Made by a program: the position numbers and the translations under genes. A DNA stretch of 64,000 bases from a virus, in the IMG/VR virus record IMGVR_UViG_3300046005_001038, positions 15,833 to 79,832 of that record; one strand, written 5' to 3'. Under the pieces are notes generated by a model. It made no database searches, was not told the DNA's origin, and saw only the letters and a program-made list of their open reading frames with translations. Of this stretch, positions 7,812 through 16,384 are shown one piece after another (position 1 is the first letter of the stretch; each line of letters begins with the position of its first letter).

Positions 7812-9985
7812 TGTCTAAATATATCAGCTCATTTGACCTAGCGCACTATTCAGGGTTCACACATGATGAAATTATTGATTTGTTAATTGATAACGATATT
7901 GTGTCGGATTCAGAATCAATCCCTAAAATATCACAATCTGAATATGAATTGATTTCAGATGTATTTGATGAATCATCACAATCGAGAATAAACACTTATT
8001 TTGGCGTTCAGACGGACGTAAAACTTCAGTTTGACCTATTAGGAGGGATAACTGAAATCAAGCCTAGAAAGCCTAAAACAAAGGTTATTCCCACTCGTAC
8101 TTGGGAAGCAGATGACTACTTACCTAACTTAGAAGAATCGAAGAATTATCAATATAAGTTCTTCACAGATTTATCACGACCGCAAGATGAAGAATTGATA
8201 TTTGATATTGAGGTTTACGGTAATTATTTCTTAATTATGTTCTTGGGTTATCGCACGGGTAGATGTTGGTATTTTGAGAAGACTGAAAGTCAAGAACTAG
8301 ACGTGCAGGGTGTGAAATGGTTTATCGAGAATCACACCCTTATTTCATTTAACGGTATTAAATTCGATTTACCGTTATTAGCGATAGCGTTAAATAACGC
8401 TAACTTTGATGATTTGTGGAAAGCAACAAAGATGTTGATTCCTGAAGATAAGGGAGAGTTTGTTAGATATTGGGAGATTCCTAAAAAATTTGGAGCAACT
8501 CAACTCAAAACTGACCATATTGATGTAATGGAAGTTGCGCCTGGTGTTGGTGTAGGTTTAAAGACGTATGGCGCAAGAATTGGCGTTCCAAACCTACAAG
8601 ACCTTCCTTTCAAAGTTGGGATAGATTTAAACGGTGACCAAATTTCTATTGTGCGAAGATATTGTTTGAATGACGTTGAAACGACAGCGTATCTATACAC
8701 GGCTTTGGCTGAAGAAATTGCTATTCGCAAAAGAGCATCGTTAAAATATAAATTAGATTTACGCTCTAAATCTAATGCACAGTTCTCAGAAGCTGTGATT
8801 GTGAAATGTTGTGAGGACGCTAATAAGTCAAAGGTAGCTAGAACTAAAAATGAAGCTCCTGCATTTGTCACATACACAACGCCAAGCTATATTTCATTTA
8901 AATCAGAATTATTAAAAGATGTGTTGAAAGATATTGAAAACTATAAGTTCACTATTGAACATGGTGAGGTTCAACCTGGAATTTTGTCAGCATTAAAAAT
9001 ACGCATGGGTCAATCTGTGTACACAATGGGTTTGGGCGGATTGCACTCTACTGAGAAGTCAGTATCGCATTATGCGAATGACGGTTATATTCTAATGGAT
9101 GTGGATGTTCGCGCCTACTATCCGAACATGATGTTGTTTCAACAAATGTTCCCTGAAAAACTTGGAAAAGTGTTCATTAAAGCATTTGAATCTTTAGTCA
9201 GAGAGCGAGAAGATGCTAAAGCTAAAAAGATTAAAGCTGTAGATGCAATGCTCAAGGTAGTAATCAATAGCGGGTTTGGCAAGATGCTTCAGCTTGTCAG
9301 CCCGCTATTTGCTCCAAAACTAGGTATTCAAACAACTGTTGGTGGACAATTATCTATTTTAATGGCGATTGAAATGTTAGAATTAGCTGGTCACAGTGTA
9401 ATCAGTGCAAATACTGACGGCATTGTTATTAGATTGAAAGCAGAAGATTATGATTCGGTTTGGGAAATGTTACACGAGTGGGAAGAAAAAACAGGTTTGA
9501 TTTTAGAAGAAACTCAGTATAAATCTACACACAGTCGGGATGTGAATTGTTACTTCGCGGTTAAGTTAGATGGTTCTGTGAAGCGTAGAGGGTCTTTCGG
9601 TTTAGACATTACTGAAATGCTGAAGAAGAATCCTGTAGGTCTTGTTTGTACCGATGCTGTTGCAAATTGGCTGAGTGATGGTTCAGATATTGAATCTCAC
9701 ATTAGAAATTGTAAAGATGTGAAGAAGTTCTTAGTGGTTAAGAATGTCACAGGTGGGGCAGTGAAAGACGGCGAATACTTAGGAAAAACTGTTCGTTTCT
9801 ATCACAGTACATCAACAAGTTCTGCGATTCATTATGCTAAGAATGGCAATACTGTAGGAACAAGTGACAAATGTCGCCCAATGATGAAATTAACTAAAGA
9901 CATTCCGATTGATTTGGATTACAATTGGTACATAGACGAAGCGTATAGAATTTTGAAAAATATAGGAGTGGATTGTGATAACTAA
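7811..9985 (+). CDS. Family B DNA polymerase with 3'-5' exonuclease
   Basis: ExoI DIE, ExoII FNGIKFD, ExoIII YCLND. Polymerase motifs DVRAYYP, KVVINSGFG, ANTDG. Confidence 0.9.
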   Translation: MSKYISSFDLAHYSGFTHDEIIDLLIDNDIVSDSESIPKISQSEYELISDVFDESSQSRINTYFGVQTDVKLQFDLLGGITEIKPRKPKTKVIPTRTWEADDYLPNLEESKNYQYKFFTDLSRPQDEELIFDIEVYGNYFLIMFLGYRTGRCWYFEKTESQELDVQGVKWFIENHTLISFNGIKFDLPLLAIALNNANFDDLWKATKMLIPEDKGEFVRYWEIPKKFGATQLKTDHIDVMEVAPGVGVGLKTYGARIGVPNLQDLPFKVGIDLNGDQISIVRRYCLNDVETTAYLYTALAEEIAIRKRASLKYKLDLRSKSNAQFSEAVIVKCCEDANKSKVARTKNEAPAFVTYTTPSYISFKSELLKDVLKDIENYKFTIEHGEVQPGILSALKIRMGQSVYTMGLGGLHSTEKSVSHYANDGYILMDVDVRAYYPNMMLFQQMFPEKLGKVFIKAFESLVREREDAKAKKIKAVDAMLKVVINSGFGKMLQLVSPLFAPKLGIQTTVGGQLSILMAIEMLELAGHSVISANTDGIVIRLKAEDYDSVWEMLHEWEEKTGLILEETQYKSTHSRDVNCYFAVKLDGSVKRRGSFGLDITEMLKKNPVGLVCTDAVANWLSDGSDIESHIRNCKDVKKFLVVKNVTGGAVKDGEYLGKTVRFYHSTSTSSAIHYAKNGNTVGTSDKCRPMMKLTKDIPIDLDYNWYIDEAYRILKNIGVDCDN

Positions 9986-10519
9986 ATTGAAACTACCAAG
10001 TCAAGAATATCTTAAAGAATGTTTTGATTATAATGAAGAAACAGGCGAATTAACTTGGAGAGTCAGACCTCTAAGTCATTTTAGAGAGGATTGGATTGCT
10101 AAAAGATGGAACGGTAAGTTGGCTGGAAAGATTGCAGGAACTTATGATAAAAAAGGATATGTTCAAATTAAGATAAATAAAATTTTTTATAAAAAACATA
10201 GGTTGATATGGGTGATGTTTACAGGTTCTGACCCTGGAGATTTAGAGATTGACCACATCAATCTAATAAAAGATGACAATAGATTTGAAAACCTGAGACT
10301 TGCAACAGGTAGCGAGAATGCTTGTAATCAGAAAGCGAGGGTTACAAATGTTAGTGGTGCAAAAGGAGTTTCTTTTGATAAAGAAACTGGTAAATGGAGA
10401 GCTTCCGTGATGAAACAAGGAGTTATCCATCATCTAGGCAGTTCAAAACAATAGCTCTTGCGGAAGAAGCTGTGAACAAAGCAAGGTCTGTTTTGCATGG
10501 ACAATTTAACAACTCATAA
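9975..10519 (+). pseudogene. HNH-AP2 homing endonuclease, frameshifted in the AP2 domain
   Basis: HRLIW, IDHIN, DNRFENLR, GAKGV. The AP2 tail FKTIALAEEAVNKARSVLHGQF continues in the -1 frame from about 10442 to stop 10519. Confidence 0.75.
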
Positions 10520-10558
10520 TAACGGCGAAGCAAAATCACCTTACTCACGGAGCGAAAT

Positions 10559-10798
10559 ATGATAACAGTAACAGTATCAAATGAAGATGAATTATATGAA
10601 GTTCTCGAACCTTATCTTAGTGGCGAAGAACTTGAAATTTGTAGAAGTGGATGTAAAGAAGATGGTTATTATTGTGATTGTGAGCCTTCGCAAGTGTTTA
10701 ACAGAAAAATACTCGTAAATGACAAACCGTTCTTCTTTTTCACATGGTATGAAGCGACGTGCTTTGATTACCCTTGCGTTATTACAATTTTGGAGTAA
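10559..10798 (+). CDS. Hypothetical protein
   Basis: ORF with GGAG RBS. Confidence 0.55.
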   Translation: MITVTVSNEDELYEVLEPYLSGEELEICRSGCKEDGYYCDCEPSQVFNRKILVNDKPFFFFTWYEATCFDYPCVITILE

Positions 10799-10806
10799 AA
10801 TATAAC

Positions 10807-10950
10807 TTGACACAATAGCTGTATTTTGGTATATTCACTATGCCAAAAAGATTTTAAACTTATAACCCCTTTATACTACATCTAAATTTATTTACATGAT
10901 AATTTTAGAATCTTTTGGCGAAGATGTAGTGTTGAGGGGTTTTCTTATTT
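10807..10950 (+). promoter_or_regulatory. Promoter plus attenuator-like leader of the Rha/P63C gene
   Basis: TTGACA-17-TATATT. Interlocked complementary pairs a 10842-10858 / a' 10903-10919 and b 10864-10883 / b' 10922-10941, then a T-rich tract. Confidence 0.6.
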
Positions 10951-10963
10951 CAAGGATATTAGT

Positions 10964-11683
10964 ATGCAAGATTTAATTAGTAAAAATGATAGTGGTGAGC
11001 TAACGGTAAGTTCGATAGTTGTCGCTGAAGTTTTCGGTAGACCTCATGATGCGGTTTTAAAGAGCATTGATAAAATAAACGCGCAACTTGTTGATATTAC
11101 CGACGAAGTTCAAATCAACTTTGTGAAAAGCAAAGACGTTAGCGGTATTAGAAATACCAGAACTGCCTTTTTAAATGAACGTCAATTTTTAATGGTAATG
11201 CCTTTTATCGGAGGTAAGAAGTCTTTAGAAGGTCAGATTAAACTTGTTGACGAATTTATACGGCTACGAAAAGAATTAGATTCTAAAATATCACAAGTTG
11301 ATATAATCCGAAACTTGCTCCTTTTAGACGCTCCAACTGAATGGGTAAAATTATATCCCGATTCATTCTATCAGGCTATTATGAGTATTTATGGTCACAC
11401 GTTTGATAAGACTAAGAATAAGCCATTTTATGCGGCACAGATAACCAGACGCTGGATTTATGATATAATTTTACCAGATGAACTTCAAAATGAAATCGAC
11501 GCTAAACGTAAAGATGAACGTAAGCATACTTGGTTTAATAATGAAAACGGTAGGAATGCTTTATTAGCACAAATATCTAAAGTTGAAATGGTCGCACGAA
11601 TGTCGACTTCGCGAATTGACTTCGAATCTAACTGTGCTAGAGTATTCCTTTCAGCTCCTTTACAATTAACTATTACAGTTTAA
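10964..11683 (+). CDS. Rha-family regulatory protein with C-terminal P63C-like domain
   Basis: N-terminal VSS..VAEVFGRPH..VLKSI, LNERQF, KLVDEF. C-terminal W.K.YPDSFY...IYG, YDII, K.H.W. Confidence 0.75.
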   Translation: MQDLISKNDSGELTVSSIVVAEVFGRPHDAVLKSIDKINAQLVDITDEVQINFVKSKDVSGIRNTRTAFLNERQFLMVMPFIGGKKSLEGQIKLVDEFIRLRKELDSKISQVDIIRNLLLLDAPTEWVKLYPDSFYQAIMSIYGHTFDKTKNKPFYAAQITRRWIYDIILPDELQNEIDAKRKDERKHTWFNNENGRNALLAQISKVEMVARMSTSRIDFESNCARVFLSAPLQLTITV

Positions 11684-11748
11684 CCAAAATTAAGGATAGC
11701 TTAATAATTTTTTGTTAAACTATCCTTTCATTAACAACAAGAGAATTT

Positions 11749-11874
11749 ATGAAATATCCAGATTATTTGTTTGAAGGTCGTTGTGTTACCACTACTTTCG
11801 ATAGACAACTTACGTTCATGCAATGTGTAGGCGTTGTATTATTCACGACACTCGTATTAGTATTGTTTGTATAA
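11749..11874 (+). CDS. Small single-TM protein (41 aa)
   Basis: C-terminal hydrophobic run directly upstream of lysozyme 2. Confidence 0.4.
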   Translation: MKYPDYLFEGRCVTTTFDRQLTFMQCVGVVLFTTLVLVLFV

Positions 11875-11887
11875 AAGGAGAATCATT

Positions 11888-12352
11888 ATGATTTCAGCAG
11901 CAATAGCATTATGTGTAAGTTCAGTAATTTCGCACGAAGGCTTTCGTCACAAGCAATATAGAGATACAAACGGATGGAGTATTGGTAATGGTTATTCGCT
12001 TACACAAAATCCGTTACACCTAGACAAGAAAACCATAGCAAATTTTAAACGATATGGTATATCAGAGCTTCGTTCACATCAATTAGTAGCAAAGGTATGC
12101 TCACAAAACAAACAGCTCTTAGAATCAAAATATGAATGGTTTAATAACCTATCTGATGCGAGAATGATGGTTCTTCTCGATATGAGTTATAACTTAGGTA
12201 GTGTGGATGAATTTGATAAAACGCTTAAATATATTAGAAGCGGTAGAACTACAATGGCTTCTGTTGAAATGTTAAATTCACGTTGGGCTAGACAGTGTAA
12301 AAATAGAAGTGCTGAACTATCGTTTGTAATGAAAACAGGTAAGCTAATATAA
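11888..12352 (+). CDS. GH24 lysozyme 2 with hydrophobic N-terminus (possible SAR endolysin)
   Basis: HEGFR…YRD.NGWSIG, DMSYNLG, EML.SRWARQ. N-terminal MISAAIALCVSSVI. AGGAG RBS. Confidence 0.85.
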   Translation: MISAAIALCVSSVISHEGFRHKQYRDTNGWSIGNGYSLTQNPLHLDKKTIANFKRYGISELRSHQLVAKVCSQNKQLLESKYEWFNNLSDARMMVLLDMSYNLGSVDEFDKTLKYIRSGRTTMASVEMLNSRWARQCKNRSAELSFVMKTGKLI

Positions 12353-12407
12353 GTTCATTTATATGTGTGGTATAATATATTTATATCACACTTTTATACT
12401 ATTAACC

Positions 12408-13154
12408 ATGACTAATAAAATTTATTGTATTTATATGCACACAAGTCCAAGTGGTAAAAGTTATATTGGACAAACTTGTAATTATAAAAAGAGATGTAAT
12501 GACCATCAGAACGAAAAGAACAAATGCACAGCTTTTAAAAACGCTATTGATAAATACGGCTGGGATAATTTTACACATGAAATTTTATTAGATGGATTAA
12601 CTTTAGATGAAGCTAATTACTGGGAAGAATTTTGTATAAAAGAGTTTAATACTTTTGGTGAAAATGGATATAATTTAAGAACTGGAGGGTTAAATAGTAA
12701 TTTATCAGAAGAAACAAAAAATAAAATATCAATTGCTCTAATAGGTAGGGTTTTCTCAGAAAATCATAGGGAAAGCCTATCTATGGCGGTAACAGGTGTA
12801 AAACGAGAACCTCTTTCTGAAGAAAGAAAGCAATGGTTATCGAACTTTAATAAAGGTAAAACATTATCCTTTGAACATAGGAATAAGATAGCTACTGCAA
12901 ATACAGGGAAGCAAAAATCAGATGAATGTAAGTTAAAATATAGTAGAAATAGGTATATTAAAACGTATGAAAAGATTATAGCCAATCCTGATAAAATTTA
13001 TGGTGTTAATAAAGGTAGCGAAAATTGTTACCGTGTAATGATTAGCATTGATGGAAAAACTGTCTACTTAGGTTCTTTTATGACAGAGCAAGCAGCGTTT
13101 GATGTATATAAACAAAAAGCATATGAGAGATATTTGGAAGCGTTGAAAGAATAA
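12408..13154 (+). CDS. GIY-YIG homing endonuclease with NUMOD3-like repeats and AP2-like end
   Basis: CIY…KSYIGQT, GYNLRTGG, SEETKNKIS repeats, YLGSF.TE..A..Y. Confidence 0.85.
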   Translation: MTNKIYCIYMHTSPSGKSYIGQTCNYKKRCNDHQNEKNKCTAFKNAIDKYGWDNFTHEILLDGLTLDEANYWEEFCIKEFNTFGENGYNLRTGGLNSNLSEETKNKISIALIGRVFSENHRESLSMAVTGVKREPLSEERKQWLSNFNKGKTLSFEHRNKIATANTGKQKSDECKLKYSRNRYIKTYEKIIANPDKIYGVNKGSENCYRVMISIDGKTVYLGSFMTEQAAFDVYKQKAYERYLEALKE

Positions 13155-13206
13155 ATCAAGTCGAGCAAAAGAGTTATCACAGATAATGAAAACAGGATTG
13201 GTATAG

Positions 13207-13237
13207 AAAAAAGGGAGCTATTATAAGCTCCCTTTTT
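13207..13237. terminator. Bidirectional intrinsic terminator between the converging arms
   Basis: AAAAAGGGAGCT-attata-AGCTCCCTTTTT. Confidence 0.85.
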
Positions 13238-13242
13238 ATTAT

Positions 13243-13653
13243 TTATAATAAACTCGCATTATAAAAGAAAGTATCCATATTTGAATCTGTCATACTTAAT
13301 GCAGCTTGCAATGCTGAAACCAACGGATTACTACGTTGAACTTCTGTAGCGTATTCCCACTCAATTTGTGCAGCTTGTGACATTGTTGAAATTTGAGCAT
13401 TAACAACATCAAGTAAGTTCATTGAGAGTAACTGCAATCGCGCTTGACGCATTGAAATCACAATCGGGATATAAACAACTGGCTCAACATAAGGCGGCAC
13501 AGGCGTGACAAATTCACCATTGATATAATCATCGCCAACATTCGCCGTTTCGGTTTTGACTAATTCCCAGTCGCTAGGCATTTGGTCTAAGTCCTCATCT
13601 AACAACACGATGACATTTTCTACTTTTGAATCTAAAATTTTTGCATATCTCAT
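13243..13653 (-). CDS. Tail fibre-associated/assembly protein
   Basis: YA.I....V.NVI, GD.Y..GEF, ISMRQARL.L, IEWEYA, D.FF..A. Coupled to the fibre gene. Confidence 0.7.
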   Translation of the reverse strand: MRYAKILDSKVENVIVLLDEDLDQMPSDWELVKTETANVGDDYINGEFVTPVPPYVEPVVYIPIVISMRQARLQLLSMNLLDVVNAQISTMSQAAQIEWEYATEVQRSNPLVSALQAALSMTDSNMDTFFYNASLL

Positions 13654-15188
13654 TATTCCACCCACTCAATTAAACAATACCCTGCTGCTCCAGCCGTTCC
13701 TGCTGAATAAATAGTTGTATTTGACGAATAACCACCTGCGCCACCATGACCCGAGTTAGCTATTGGGGATGTAGCATTAGTGTTTATTGTATTAAATCGT
13801 GTGCCACCAGCCGCAGAATCCCCACCACCGTCACCACCTACCCATGTGGCATTACCGCTTAAATGAAAACCGTTTCTACCGTATTCATATCCAGCTCCAC
13901 CTCTCAAAACGCATACATTGTTAGTCGCGCCAGAAGCTCCTATACCAGCAGAACCTCCATTAGCCGACGCAGTTACTCCGCCAGATACGCTTGTTGTTCC
14001 ACCAGGATTCCCATCCTGTCCAGCTCCTCCGTTAGCTGTACCTCCAGCACCGATTGTCACAGTTATATTACCTGTTACGGTGAACACACCTTCTGTAATA
14101 TAACCAGAACCGCCACCACTACCACCAGTAAGTAAATTTGTAGCATGATAATTTCCACATCCGCCAGAACCGCCGCCGCCACGCAACGTAATTTTAACTT
14201 TCGTCACATTAGCTGGCTTTGTCCATGTTCCAGACGTAGTGAATAATTGAGAAGCGATGGTTTTATCTATTTGAATGTTACCTGCTCCGAGAATAGATGT
14301 GTTGTTTATCGTTTTAACATCTGTTCCTGAAACAACAGTTCCTAATACAGACCCGTTACCTTTTGCCAACCCGTTAATGTTGGTGGGATTCCCTGTATTT
14401 ACAGAACCAGTAGCACCAGTATTACCTTGAACACCCTGCAATCCACTTAATGAAATCAACCAATCAGCAAAAGTACCTGTTCCACCAATAGCCGTTACAT
14501 TAACAATCAATGTCGTTGCAGAATAACTTGTCACTTGCCCGTACATATAATTTGCGGGGTTAGCTGATGAAGCGACCGTGACAAATTGCCCTGCAATGAA
14601 TTGTTCTCCGCTCTGTGTTGTAAAGGTTTTTGAACCTGTACTAATTGTTGTGTTGGTTGTTGATGTTGAAGTAAGTGTGTTTGATTGTTGGGCTGCGGCA
14701 TCGGCGGATGCTTGAGCATTTAAAGCATATTGTTTTGCAGAATAACTTGTTCCATCTACAGTTGTCGATAATTTAGAAGCCCATAATTTTGCTGATTGAG
14801 CGACGTTTCCAACTGCATATTCTTTTGCAGAATACTCAGTTGTATTCCCCACAGTAGTAGTAATCTTAGTAGCCCAATCTTTAGCTGAACCACCGATTGT
14901 GTCTACACCAACGCCACCAATCGCCCATGCTTTAGAACTATAATCCGTACTAAGCACTAAACCTGTAGTTAAACTAGCCCATTGCGACGCTGTGGTTGCT
15001 GATGAATTAGAATTTGTTGCTTGTGTAACAACATAATTAGCTACACTCACATTATCCAAAATAAGCGGCAATAAGCGTTCTACATGACCGCCGCCATCTA
15101 ACCCAGTTGTGGGTGAAGAATCGTCCGTGTAAATGTGTTCTATACCATCACTCGACATTGATGCGGGGACAGTTACTGTAACCGTCAT
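13653..15188 (-). CDS. Tail fibre protein with glycine-rich C-terminal domain
   Basis: Repeated YSAK.W/YA motifs and a collagen-like stretch. FTTSGTWTKP…GGGGSGG…TVTIGAGG…G.AGY..IEW Gly-rich domain. Confidence 0.8.
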   Translation of the reverse strand: MTVTVTVPASMSSDGIEHIYTDDSSPTTGLDGGGHVERLLPLILDNVSVANYVVTQATNSNSSATTASQWASLTTGLVLSTDYSSKAWAIGGVGVDTIGGSAKDWATKITTTVGNTTEYSAKEYAVGNVAQSAKLWASKLSTTVDGTSYSAKQYALNAQASADAAAQQSNTLTSTSTTNTTISTGSKTFTTQSGEQFIAGQFVTVASSANPANYMYGQVTSYSATTLIVNVTAIGGTGTFADWLISLSGLQGVQGNTGATGSVNTGNPTNINGLAKGNGSVLGTVVSGTDVKTINNTSILGAGNIQIDKTIASQLFTTSGTWTKPANVTKVKITLRGGGGSGGCGNYHATNLLTGGSGGGSGYITEGVFTVTGNITVTIGAGGTANGGAGQDGNPGGTTSVSGGVTASANGGSAGIGASGATNNVCVLRGGAGYEYGRNGFHLSGNATWVGGDGGGDSAAGGTRFNTINTNATSPIANSGHGGAGGYSSNTTIYSAGTAGAAGYCLIEWVE

Positions 15189-16384
15189 AATAACTCCTTA
15201 ATGTTAATTGAAGAACCGTATAAACCAACATTAGGTTGTGTTATCGGGTTTAATTGTGAAAAACGTCCAATAAATGAACGTGCGTATTGATATGAACCAG
15301 TATCTTCTACATCATAAGCATAAAGAACTTCTCTTGTGATACCTTGTGAACGACTTGCTTCATAAATACCGCCAAAGGCTTCATCTTCTGTTAAATAGTT
15401 CCATTGAATGTCCACTGTGCGAGCTTTTTGCTTTTCGTAGAAGAATTCTGTTCCTGAATTTGACACACTGATTTCAGAATTATCTTGAAATCCATGTGAA
15501 ATAGAACCGTACTCAGGATTGATATTAGGCATCGTGTATTGACCAATGAATAACCGTCCAAATTCAATAAATAAATCAGGATGTGTCGCTTCGGTTGAAT
15601 CATCTAAATCAATGTGTAAATGTGTTCCGACAGGCTGATTACCTGTCAGAACGTCTTTTAAAAATGAAATATGAATTTTTGTAAAAGACAGTCTTTGTTC
15701 TTCTTCAATTGTTCCTCGCCACAAGTTCGTACTACGCCACGATAAGAATGCTGAATTACTAGGTAGAATGCGTTTCCACACATTTACCCATTCAGGCTTG
15801 TTTAACACAATGGATTCCGTTTTACCTGACTGTAATCCATAACCCACATACCAAATCGAATACGATGTTTGAGTGCCATTATTAACGTAATCACCCGTTC
15901 TACTAACCGTTAAACTTGTACCAGAATGTGACACAACAGTTGCATTAAAATACGAACCCGATGTATAATCATTTTTGTCAGAACTAAATGCGAAGAAACG
16001 TAGTTTAGTTCCCGTAGCAATAGTAGGCACAGATGAATTTAACGTCAGCGTAACATTGTTAGTTCCCATAATATCGACAGTAGAATTACTATATTCAATA
16101 GGAGGTTCATTGAAAACTGAAAACTTAACTTTTGCAGAAGTGCTTAAATTGTGGTTAATCAAACCAATCGCACCGAAGATTCGATACGGTAAGTTTTTAA
16201 GCGAAGTAGCAAAAGAAACCTTTTTAGCTGAAATTGAACCGAAATTGCTTGTTCTTGCTGTTTCAGCTAAAATAGGTGTTGTAATGTTACTCAAAGGTAA
16301 GTTAGAATTGTTCGTCCAAGTCACTTGATGTAATTTATTTAGTTCAAGTAATCTATTTGGATAAGCAATTGCAACGTTACTCAT
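15185..16384 (-). CDS. Tail tip/minor tail protein
   Basis: Position in the tail module. IGLINHNLS..A, IEFGRLFIG, NPEYG motifs. Confidence 0.7.
   Translation of the reverse strand: MSNVAIAYPNRLLELNKLHQVTWTNNSNLPLSNITTPILAETARTSNFGSISAKKVSFATSLKNLPYRIFGAIGLINHNLSTSAKVKFSVFNEPPIEYSNSTVDIMGTNNVTLTLNSSVPTIATGTKLRFFAFSSDKNDYTSGSYFNATVVSHSGTSLTVSRTGDYVNNGTQTSYSIWYVGYGLQSGKTESIVLNKPEWVNVWKRILPSNSAFLSWRSTNLWRGTIEEEQRLSFTKIHISFLKDVLTGNQPVGTHLHIDLDDSTEATHPDLFIEFGRLFIGQYTMPNINPEYGSISHGFQDNSEISVSNSGTEFFYEKQKARTVDIQWNYLTEDEAFGGIYEASRSQGITREVLYAYDVEDTGSYQYARSFIGRFSQLNPITQPNVGLYGSSINIKELL

Noticed and set aside
1-9985. Introns or inteins in nrdA, nrdB or the polymerase
   Set aside because: The visible reading frames are continuous and of normal length, and the endonucleases are free-standing.
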